Source of the DNA: Lepidodermella squamata
Taxonomy: Eukaryota > Animalia > Gastrotricha
Length of the DNA: 64,000 bases
NCBI GenBank assembly: GCA_047495785.1
Contig: JBLDXI010000031.1
Coordinates: 434,001 to 498,000 of the forward strand
Reading direction: 5' to 3'
Shown here: positions 49,159-59,521 of the stretch, piece after piece
Position numbering within the stretch: position 1 is the stretch's first letter
How the letters are laid out: every line of letters begins with the position of its first letter
The notes under the pieces: model-generated
Seen by the model: the letters and a program-made list of their open reading frames with translations, nothing else
Told to the model about the DNA's origin: nothing
The model's database searches: none
Translations under genes and position numbers: made by a program

Positions 49159-49793
49159 ATCTTGTTTCAAAGCTTGAGCATGGCTGGGCGCAACTTACAC
49201 GATGGTTCCCATTGTTCCTGGACCATCCAAAACAGTAGTGGGGAGTGGGATAGGATCAGCACGACGCAAACGGACGCAAAGTGCGATGAAAGGTTTTCAA
49301 AAGTTAAGCTGAAAATACTCGAGAGAGAAAAATTGAACAATCTAGTATTCCAAATTTAGTTTTCCAACTGCCATATGGTTTACGAGTGAGAATCCGGTGC
49401 ATGAATCCGGTGAATCCGATTTTTCTGAGAATACGGTGTGGAAGGCTACTTTGGAAGTTAGGATTGCCATTGCATGTGCGAATCCATACAGATACTATGC
49501 CCAACGGAAACTGTGATGTTATGATCGACTTCCAAATCCTATGAAACTTTGTCTTGCAATTACGAGAATAACCGACTCGATATATTTTTTCAAACCTCGA
49601 ATGAGTTAGGTTGAGAACCACAGATAACTTAGTTTCTGTGGCAGAAATTTTTCCACTTTTGACGGGGAAAACAGAAGATGGAAAATCGATTGCTTATTTA
49701 TGTCTTTTACAGTAATAGTAAATTCAGTTATCGTTTTTATATTAAGCTTTATTTTCAAGTGGGTCGTCAAGTGCTTGAATAATCTTGAATAAT

Positions 49794-50093
49794 TTATATC
49801 AGATAACCAGGAACTCCGGTCGCGCCGAAACGAGGCTGTGCATTCTCCACACCTTCGCCCACATAGCAACCGCAATCAGGCAAGCTCGCCGCCATGTAGT
49901 AATTGCAAAATGCCTCTTTAAGTGGGCACTTGATGTGACCGGCAGGGCATTCGCATTCGTAATCAGCGTCGTAGCTCTCAACCCTAACCATTCCTTGTTT
50001 GCACTGAGGACCACAGTGAATGTCGAAGGCCTGCATCTCAGCTGAGGTAGCTGCAACCGAAATCATCAAGCAAATAGCTATATAGCCGTTCAT
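49794..50093 (-). CDS. Small secreted 8-Cys peptide P4 (99 aa)
   Basis: Signal peptide; HCGPQC...CECPAGHIKCPLKEAFCNYYMAASLPDCGCY. Confidence 0.85.
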   Translation of the reverse strand: MNGYIAICLMISVAATSAEMQAFDIHCGPQCKQGMVRVESYDADYECECPAGHIKCPLKEAFCNYYMAASLPDCGCYVGEGVENAQPRFGATGVPGYLI

Positions 50094-50964
50094 TGTTGAG
50101 ATGATGAGTTTACGTAAATATGAAACGTAGGGGAAAAGAGTGTTCGATGTTCGATACCAATAGTAATGGGCTTTTAAAGGAATAAGGCTTCTACTAATGC
50201 CCAGCTACGCGGCTTACTTTGCAGACATTGTAATGATGTAGCACGATTAATTGGTCCAATCAAAAATCCCAGGTTTCACCTAAATTTGAGTAACGCCTAG
50301 ACCATTTTCAGTTGAAGTAACGTAAAAATACCGCCAGCTAAGCTTGCTTCGCTCGCTATTGGTTCTATTCATTGATACATGGCCTGCCAATCGAAAAATT
50401 TACTGAAGCTAAGAGCGCATAAACAAGCGAGCGTGTGTAGCATGCGAGCCCAAAATCTCACTATTCCCATCTCAGCGAATGGTCCACAAAACACACCCCA
50501 GGGCCTTCGGAAACCTCTCGAACTGCCGACAAATACTTTTTCCACCGCACTGTCCACTCCACGCGTGAATTCGCGCATGCACTACATAAATTTGGTCTAT
50601 TTAGAGAGCTAAGAACAGTAAACCAAAATCTCGTGAGTTTGATATGTTGGAACCGTTATGACGAAACGAAACGAAAAGGCGAATAGTCCCTTCCAACAAA
50701 GCAAAAAGCATGGTAAATTTCGATATTTGACTGATTTGGACATTTCCTTGCAGCCTCGCAATTTGTTTCCAGCCAACGATTTTATTGTTTGGAGGAGAAT
50801 GGGTGAAAGAGAATTTTCAGAGCAGTCCAGTTTATTTTATTCAAAATTTGATTTCTATATTAAACTGAATCGGGAAACGTTTTTAGAAAACAATGGAACT
50901 GTCATCTCTTGGGTAATAGCATTCTAAGCTCGACTAGTATTCTGAATAAACCTTTGAAACCAGA

Positions 50965-51210
50965 TTATTCGTTAGCGACGTCGTAGCATTCGCACCTCTC
51001 CAATTGCCGTGCCATGAAATACTTACAGTTATTTGGGCACAGCACGAATTGCTTGTCCGGGCAGGCGCAATCTTTATTGTCATCCGGCATCAGGTTGGCA
51101 CATTCAGCCGGGCAGTGCTTGAAATCGATAATCGCAACTGCTGGTTGCAGAACTGCCAGTAGGACAATAGCGACCATCGCATAAGAAAGAATAACTAATT
51201 TATTGGCCAT
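50965..51210 (-). CDS. Small secreted 8-Cys peptide P5 (81 aa)
   Basis: Signal peptide; Cys spacing identical to P1; shares MPD, CPD and CKY(F/Y)xAR. Confidence 0.88.
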   Translation of the reverse strand: MANKLVILSYAMVAIVLLAVLQPAVAIIDFKHCPAECANLMPDDNKDCACPDKQFVLCPNNCKYFMARQLERCECYDVANE

Positions 51211-51499
51211 TTTTGTGCGTGTTACAAGAATTTTATTATGATCTGTATCTAGCAGTGGTGTTCCTTTAAATTCAACCCGTAATTAGCGGCCTTAAATAGC
51301 ATCATTTAATTGTCTCAAAGTAAGCCTGCAATCTCAGTGTCTAGACTTTCGTCTGGTAGTTTCACTCTTTTGGGTAATACCCTAGCTTAAATTGTACTAC
51401 TGATCACGGGAAATCGTAAATCTGATGCAATTTTCAAACCAACTCAAATGTTCGAGTTAATCCGCTTCTTACGCTAACCATTTTACTCGTTATTTAACT

Positions 51500-51559
51500 G
51501 GTTAGGGTTAGGATAAGGTTAGGATTAGATTAGGGTTAGGTTTGGTTTAGGTTAGGGTT
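51500..51559 (+). repeat. Degenerate interstitial (TTAGG/TTAGGG)n tract
   Basis: GGTTAGGGTTAGGATAAGGTTAGGATTAGATTAGGGTTAGGTTTGGTTTAGGTTAGGGTT. Confidence 0.8.
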
Positions 51560-51658
51560 GAAGGCTGGGTCTTAAAACTTGGGATTTGTAAATGAGTGGA
51601 ATAATTCGGTGCGGAATTCATTGTTGTTTGATACTTCAACAATTCAGGAATGATTAAT

Positions 51659-54258
51659 CTATATCCCAATCCGCTTAAGCTTAACTTTCCTCGCTTGACG
51701 GAGCTTGAAAAGCAGCCCAAGGTTAAGTGTCACACTAGCCAGATTCATTGCTGACAGAGCGTAGCGTTGCTTAGTCTGTTCTGTGAAGATAACAGCCGCG
51801 ATCACCGCAACAGCAGCCAGCAGCACGATTGTCCCATAAAAGCATATAACTACCGCTTTCAGGTCGGTCATTTGCCCCATAGTTAACTGAAAAAAGATGA
51901 AATCATCCAAAAAAATCGCAACAATATCTTGAAACATCTCAAACGATATTTACTTACTGATCTAACTTTGTAAGCAGCAAGCGACCCTCGAAGCATTAGA
52001 ATCATGATAATCGCACAAATACCGCCTATGGTAGCTTTGCTAAGATCTGAATCCCCGGTGGAGCATTCGAAAACAACCTCCTGATAAGCGAGCGAATCGT
52101 CGAGGCTTGAAAGTTGAGGCGTTTTGAAAGTCGCAGTCAAGATATGCGGCTCGAGGGAAAAGCAAATCAGCAATAAAACGATCAAAAATACGGAAACACT
52201 TGCAATAGCCATCGTAACAATATTGTACCTTCGAGCAAATTTAGCGTAAGGGCTCAGTTTCTTCACAGTGGAAGCTAACTTTGCGGCAGCTGTTCCGCAG
52301 CTGTATCCTAAATTGAATGCGTTTATCAATCGGATCACATTTCTCTCTTTCCGGCTTATCACGCTTAGCACCTTGGCGAGCTCTATTTTACCGACCATAG
52401 CTGAGACCAGGAAGAATATTCCAAGGAACAGCAGACCGTAAGAGGCCATGCAGAATTTGGCAAGGCCTTCTTGATACCAAGGTAACTGGACCAAATTAGA
52501 ACTCAGAAGTAGTAAATCTCCAAGCAAAATGAACGCATTGAGTTTTGGTAAGGAATTCCTGATCTGTGCAGATTTTCGACATTTCATCTGGTTAAAAGCG
52601 GCTGAAATCACTGCGAACGCCCCGAGGCATGACAGGATTGTTATTGCAATATAGGCCTCATTTGAAATTAAGGGGAGAACGATTGCAGCAATCCTAACCG
52701 AATCTGGAGGGGCATTACCACAATGAGTTTCCCATTTCAATTTACCAGGTATCAACTCGAGTTGTTTAGCTTTTGTGTCAAAAGTCGCGATAGGAATCGC
52801 AAGTGGGCTCGAGCTGTTAGGTAGTAACTGAAGCTTAAAGAATCCGAATATCACATTCCCACCCGAGTTGAGGGTAGTATTTCGCTCGAAGGCGATCTCC
52901 CCCGTTTTTGTTGTAACCCGAGTCGCGAAAAGCGCTTCCTTCATTTTTTCAATGACATAACTTCCGTTTGACGCGAAATTCTGCCCAGAAGTCACCCAGT
53001 CGATAAGTGACAAATTGTCCTGTCGCAGGTACGTCTGAGTTGCATTTAATAAATGGGCAGCTAAAAGCACGCTGTCATACGTGTACTGGCGGATAGCCCA
53101 GCTCATTTTTGTCTGAGGATCGTCTATACCAGATATCAGCATAGAATCAAAGTCCGAGCCAGAATTGCCTGAAGAATCGACGAGATTTCCCTGACCCAGG
53201 GTCATTGTGTTAGTATAGCCGTGTTGAATAACGGATTCTACGACATCCCGTAACATAGCCTCTGAGCACCATTCGAATCGAAAAGGATCAGTTGGCTGGA
53301 AAGGGGTCAGCATAGACACGGTAATAACGTAGCTAGGCTCAAATAACTTGTAACGATGAAGCCAGCATGCAATGCGAACTGGCGATGCAGTTGCTAAACT
53401 AATAATTCTCGCGTCATTTCGCTTCAATTCCTCCACTACAACGCGTATGCTTTCAGAATCTGGTAGGATACCATTGAGTAATGGAATTTTGTACTGAATG
53501 GATGAGGTTGCGTTAAATTTTTGTTCCAGCAACTTTTGCGCGTAAATATCGCTAGCGTATAGAGAATCTTTCATATCTGAGACGAAATGCAACTTCTTCC
53601 AACCCATAGCCATCAGGAAAGAAATCTCGGCATCCACAGAAATCGTCAACGGTGGTGATACGATAAATAAATTCTTGTAAAGATTCCTCTGCATGAAAAT
53701 ATCACTCCGAGTGGTCCAGTGAGCTATCTGAAAACAAAAATTCGGACTTTTATATAAGATTCGGCAGTTTGGCTTACACTCATGAAGTTGTAATGCTGCA
53801 GAGTTTTTCCCAAGGTGAATTGAACCGAACAAGTTGGGTACAGAATAAGAGGAAATCGATCTGGAACTTGGTCATTCATCATCTCAGCGAAAAACCTCAT
53901 GGTCGCCAAAGGTTCACTGCACTTAAAAAGGTTCAAGTTATAGGTGATGTCATTTTTAGGACGATTCACTTACAAAATCCTCGATTGGATCAATGGCAAG
54001 TTCGATCCCCGGTAGAAGATTAGGCTGTCGCTTTATGCTGTCGAGCGCATATCGAATTCCCTCAGAGCAAATGGGGCCTTGTTGATAACTGGTCCCGGCA
54101 TAATGGCACGAAAGCAAGAGGCTGATTGTAGCCCTCGACGAGTCGTTAGCGTTGTAAGTTGAGGATCGAATTCTCGACGGTATCGAGCTGTTCCAGAGCA
54201 ATTTAGCCTCAATAGACAACGCTGCAAGTAGGACGATAAGATTTTTCATAAGATTCAT
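51659..54258 (-). CDS. Class C GPCR (GABA-B-like) 'R-F', divergent paralogue, 4 exons
   Basis: ORFs 54258, 53969, 53832 and 51937 join via GT-AG introns at the same positions as in R-A/D/E. Motifs ACWLHRY, YTYDSV and W..GNAPPDS; 7TM. Confidence 0.88.
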
Positions 54259-54500
54259 TCTCTTGGATCGCGAACGAGGTCTCAGAGTTGTTCAAGAAAA
54301 ACTATGCACAATGCGATGAACTTCGTTTCCATGACACGGAGAAAGCGAACCTTTAAAAGCTTCCGTCTTTTCGATGTTGTTCTTAACACTTTAACTGCCC
54401 AAATTACGGCAAAATTACCGTTGCGGTCGTAACTTAGTAACGGTATTTCGTATCGGCATAAGTTTCGTTATTTTCAACCGGAATTTTGTGTCGTTAAAAA

Positions 54501-55874
54501 TTACCGGTACTTTCTACATACAATACCGTTATTTTTATTCGAAATCCACAAGAAAATGTCAAGAGCAAGAAAAATTAGCCTGGCTGAGCATTTGGGCCGA
54601 GTTAGCCTTTCGATGATCTGCTTTCTCACATCTCTGATGGAAATATCCATTGTACCTGGCATTTTTCGCAATAGACACCACGTGTTGACCACAGCGCTGT
54701 TCAGCAGCAGTTCTACGGCAACTTTGAATTCCCACCGTCGCGACTTCCGCAATGCCGAGTGGTAAGAAGCCATCTGGTCTCGTTTATCGATGCCGCATTT
54801 GCAGAGATTGTAGTCAATCAACGCTTTTGGAAGTAATCTGGGATGCCCTGTATTCTTCGAATGGTCCAAGGATTTTTTATTTTGGTGGAAGTTTGAGAGA
54901 AACATGACTTCCCGTCGATCAAAGAACCGAAAAATCAAAGTTCCGAGATCATCAGTCGCAGCAGCCAGATCGCCGCGTTCGATGCGTCGATGATGTGTAA
55001 GAGTTCCTGAGGGTTGCCGTTTCTGTTTTTACGCAAGGTCCCAACAAGATGTGTGCTTCGTTTCCATAGCTTTCGGGAAAGCAAATAGGACGTAAAATAG
55101 TTGTCAGTGAATAAGATATGACCCCGGTCGAGGTGGTGACGCATAAGGCGCATGCAAAGCCTGGCTGTTACATTTCGCTTATTCGATTTTCCAGTGTATA
55201 TTTCGAAACGATAACAGTAGCCCGTTGGATCGCAAAGCCTGTAAATTTTGATTCCATACTTGTGGCGCTTTGACTTGTTGAATTGCCGAAAAACAACTTT
55301 TCCTCGATAATTCATTAGAGATTCATCAATTACCAAGCAACGCGGGGCAGATCGTAGCATAAGAAATCTCCGATTCAATCGATTAATCAAATCTTGAATT
55401 GAAGCTAGGCGATTTACGCCCGCGTTCATCAACGCCCTCCTGGGTTCAGAAAATCGGACAGTTGACTGTAGAAGTTGAAATCGATTTCTCGACATGAATC
55501 GAGGGCGACGACGCCGAGTAGACCAGTAGTCTTCGATTGTCGAACCATGTTCGAAACCCATATCCATGATGATACCGAAAAATCCAGCAATTTCATGAGC
55601 GCTAGTTGGTCGCCACCGAGCCCTTCCTATTCCCAGATGATCATGATTTTAATAAATTTAAAGAATAGAGAGATGGCTTACTCGAAGTGGGTCTCATGAA
55701 TATGAAACGATTTGCGGATGCATGAGCATTCGTCCACGACGCAATATCCCGAAACAGTCTATTAGCGTCGACCATTTTCAAGAAGAGCTGGAAAGGGTTG
55801 TGTATTACAGGAGATTGGAAGGGAAATCGCCGTGGCCGAAATGACTGGCCTATATTACGCCAAACCGGAGCCAT
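54501..55874 (-). pseudogene. piggyBac (PGBD4-like, DDE_Tnp_1_7) transposase with an intron and a frameshift
   Basis: Motifs IEDYWS, MSRNRF, VIDES, KRHKYGIK, TDNYFTS, GTLRKNR, DYNLCKCGIDKRDQ. Intron near 55630-55681; frameshift near 54995. Confidence 0.9.
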
Positions 55875-55916
55875 TAGAAAGATAACAAACAAAAAGATCT
55901 GCCCAATTTAAAACTT

Positions 55917-56794
55917 CACAGTAAAAAAAAACTCGGTGCTTACCGTGCCAAATAAGCTACCCAGTAATAACCAGTTTACATGTTAATCAAAAAGGGAAAA
56001 AACCTTGTGCACATACAGTCATTACCGGGTTTTGGAGTTTTACCGGGTTCCATCGAACACGGTTAAAACCGGGTTGGAACTAACCGAGCTTCGAAAAACA
56101 CGGTAATAACCCGTTCAGCGTTCGGATAGGTATTTACCGATATAGCTGTGAGCTCGGTATTTACCGAGTATCGACACCTCGATTATTAAAAATCATCGAT
56201 AATAAATGAAAAATTGATTTTTCTAATCGATATTGGCATCTGTAACCCGGATTACGCCTAATATCGATTAGAAACAATATTTGAAAGAATATTAAACAAA
56301 TTAAATGATAAGTTAACTTACGTCACCAGCGAGGCTCGAACTTGGGACCTTGGCATCATACAGCGCGCGCGTTACCACTAGACCACGGCTCCTACTTCTA
56401 CACATGACCTTAATAACGACTCTTAAGTTTTTCATGAATTTTTCCAATTTTTTCAAATTAGCGCTTGCGAACTGTATGCCAGCTGTATGAAGTTGCCCAC
56501 TGCATACCCTACCTAATTTTCGAGGGGGAGTGCAATTCATCATGCGATCCAATAGGAATGGGGACTTAGAAATATTTTCTGTAAAAATGCGGCAAAGTCG
56601 GTACAAAGTCGGTACAAACCAGGTTCATAACCGATATTTTGTAGATGCATGGTTCTTACTGGGTTGCACTAGGTCGGTTACTGCGAAAAGTAGCAAAAAC
56701 TCGGTTGTCATCTGGTATTTACCGGGTTCCGTAAACGCTGCACGGTAAATTCCGTTTTTCCAACTGGGTGAAAACCGAGTTATTTTTTACTGTG
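55917..56794. mobile_element. Nested non-autonomous CACAG-ended element (CMC/EnSpm-like)
   Basis: TIR CACAGTAAAAAA(A/T)AACTCGGT, 2-bp TT flanks, and many subterminal ACCG/CGGT motifs. Confidence 0.82.
56320..56392 (-). other. tRNA-derived (Pol III A/B-box) segment, not a functional tRNA
   Basis: Minus strand reads GGAGCCGTGGTCTAGTGGT...GGTCCCAAGTTCGAGCCT. The acceptor stem does not pair. Confidence 0.7.
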
Positions 56795-56944
56795 TTATAT
56801 GAATGGGACTTGAGAGTAGAATTGATATCAATTAGAGATGAGAAAAACTCAGCGCTCCAATAAATTGAGGCTGCGTTTCAGTAAATGAGCATAAGAAACC
56901 ATTTCTTCGGAAATTTATTGCTTGAATAAGATTTATTTTTTGAA

Positions 56945-57458
56945 ATGAAACTTCACAAAGACAAAAGTGTGTCTTTGGATCACTATCACCCCGATCCAAC
57001 GAAGTTTGCTAAAATAGGCTTCGCCAACTGGACCTTGCATACACGCTCTTATTACCCCGCAGCTACGTTCAAAAACAGCAAAGATATTCCCGACCAATTT
57101 TATCGATCTAATTTCCATCACTTTGAGAAAAGAAAATTGATTGTTGTCTACGGATTCCTCGACAAGACCATCTTTGCCGCTACTAGATTGGTTCGCCTAA
57201 CGGAGGAAAGACCATCGATCTTGAAAGATGACGGTTCTCACAACGAAGATTTCCGGCGTTGCTGCGCAGCGATGGAGTCCGAAAACCGCGGCCAAAGCGG
57301 CGACGAGTCCAACAAGGTAAGCTATCTTGATCTGCAACCATAGCCCATGGCTAATTTATTTCCATTTATCGTAGTCAGTTTCAGCAGAGGACATTTACGG
57401 GAAGACAATACCAGCCGGGGAAATGGAAAGCGTGTCCGAGGCCGATGAGGACGAGACT

Positions 57459-57490
<32 letters not shown>

Positions 57491-58626
57491 CGACGACGAC
57501 GACGACGATGACGACGAGAACGAGGATGCGGACGACGCCGAGGAAGAAGAAAATGGTGCCATTGGCAGTTCCCGCAAATCTCTCCCGAAAACTCGATCGC
57601 GAGCCTAAGCGGCGGCAACAAAGCAATCGGAGCCGAAAGGTCAAACAAAAAATCGACAGGCAAAGGAAGCTTCTGCTAAAGCAACGCGGAAAGAAACTCC
57701 TGGGAAGAAGACACGTCAAGACACTCCTACCAAAAATTCAAGTAAACGAACTACTGCGCAGAAAGCACCTGCAGGCAGGAGAGCTACGCCACCAGCTTCT
57801 GATTTCCCCGACTTTCAAATCGATCCGGATTTACTCGAAGTCGATGAGCCCTCTACGAGTCGAGCAAAATCGTCCGCAAATCTATCCAGGGCTGGCACGC
57901 GAGCTGAGTTCGAGCAAGCTCCAGTCCCAGATTACATCCTGTTTAGTGCTAATGGCGCAGAGCGAATCGAACTGGCACTTGCGAAATCGGTTGCGGAAAT
58001 ATGCCCCGGTCAGTTCCAAGCGCAGTTCCAAATCATCACGATTCTGAGCGATGTGGTCGAAAAGATGCAATGGCACGTCAATAAAATTGTCTGGTATGAG
58101 GTCCGTCACACTGAGGCAATCGCTCGAAAGCATCCGGCGCCCGCGTCTCCAACTATTTCGATTTCAAGTGGTGATTCGTCGCTTATTGCACTAGCTCCGA
58201 AGCCCGAGCCGAAAAATCCCAAGCCACCTATAAAACTCGGCGTGATTTATGGCAAAGAAGTAGAAATTGACGCCAAGACGGAGGAGCTACTATTTAGTAC
58301 GCATGACAAAATCGCCGATTATGCAAAAGCGCTGCTTATATGGATTTGCAAAGAAAGGTTACTTTTATAAAAGAAGAAAAATCTTGTAATTTCTACAAAT
58401 GTGATGATTTAGTGGCACTAACTTTGTTTCTGTGGCCCAGTGCCCGGAAGAAATGCGGCTTGCGGTGGCTGCTCGGGTTGCTGCTCGTTATCAGGGATCG
58501 TTCAAGTTGTATCACCTGATTGATTCGGCCATCCAAGCAACCCTTGACCATCGACGATCAGCAGCGGCTGCGCGCTCATCGGTGAATAGTCGGAAAAGGG
58601 TCAAAAGTGAGCCGAGCAGCCATTGA
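56945..58626 (+). pseudogene. piggyBac passenger or accessory gene: acidic tract, basic low-complexity linker and helical C-terminal domain, with an in-frame TAA
   Basis: Exons ~56945-57316, 57373-58357, 58413-58626. The E/D-rich frame continues past TAA 57606-57608 into ORF 58053. Confidence 0.65.
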
Positions 58627-59521
58627 AACGATTTAAAAATCAACATCATTCAAAAACTATTCTCCATTGAAATTGTCGCCGTAGTTGCGTAATCTATTGA
58701 GAACTGTTGCTCCTAACTCGGAATTATAGAACTATTTCCTATGTAAGTGACGACATTTAGAGTAAGGCAAAAATTCCGAGCCAATTTCTGATAACGTTGG
58801 TAATAGCAAGTAAAAGCGAGTTGTTTTTTGAACATGTTCCGTTACTAAATGCCGACAATGCCGAAATAAATTAACGGAACTATTTGACGGCAAAATGTTT
58901 CGGTTGAAAATAACGAAACTTAGTGTCGTTACGAAATACCGATACTTAGTTACGACCGCAACGGTACTTTTGCCGTAATTTGGGCAGTTAAAGTGTTAAT
59001 TCACGCATATTTTCGATCTTTTCACAGAAGTGATTGCATGACACGGAGAAAGCGACTCCGATAAAATTTTCCGTTTTACCATGTTTTGTTGCAACGCTTG
59101 GACAAATGCCTTTACCAAGAAGAAGCCGTACGCTTTCGGGGATAGAAGGGGTGGAAATCGCTCAAAATGTCCTCTCTTCGCTCTTTATGCGTTGAAATTA
59201 CAAGTCAGTTTCGCAGAGATATTATTCGCGATTTTACTCTGACGAGTTTTTACCGTACGAAAACGGATTTTTTCAACCGGGAAAGCCTTGATCACAAGAG
59301 GTAATCAAGCGTGATAATTTCTCGCCTTGAGCGGCAACAAGAAACAAGATACCGCGCGTCAAGTGGTGCGCACTGCCTAGCTCAAGCAAGGTGAGCAATG
59401 CCGGGTGACACTAATGGCCTCAATAATGTCAAGTTAGCGCAAAAAATGCAAAGCAGCCACTCTCGCAAGTTTACACTTGAGTCGAGTGGAGTAGAATACG
59501 ACATTCGCTATAGGGCTAAAC

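Larger units (their letters stand above)
54387..58995. mobile_element. Full-length piggyBac-family transposon (4609 bp) carrying two divergent genes
   Basis: TTAA at 54383-54386 and 58996-58999. ~95-bp imperfect TIRs begin CACTTTAACTGCCCAAATTACGGCAAAA. Confidence 0.95.

Noticed and set aside
56320-56392. Functional tRNA gene
   Set aside because: The acceptor and anticodon stems pair poorly, and it lies inside a transposon.
57445-58047. 200-aa Lys/Arg-rich ORF resembling a protamine or histone
   Set aside because: It is an alternative frame of the GAG/GAA/GAC acidic tract. The acidic frame is the one continuous with the downstream ORF.
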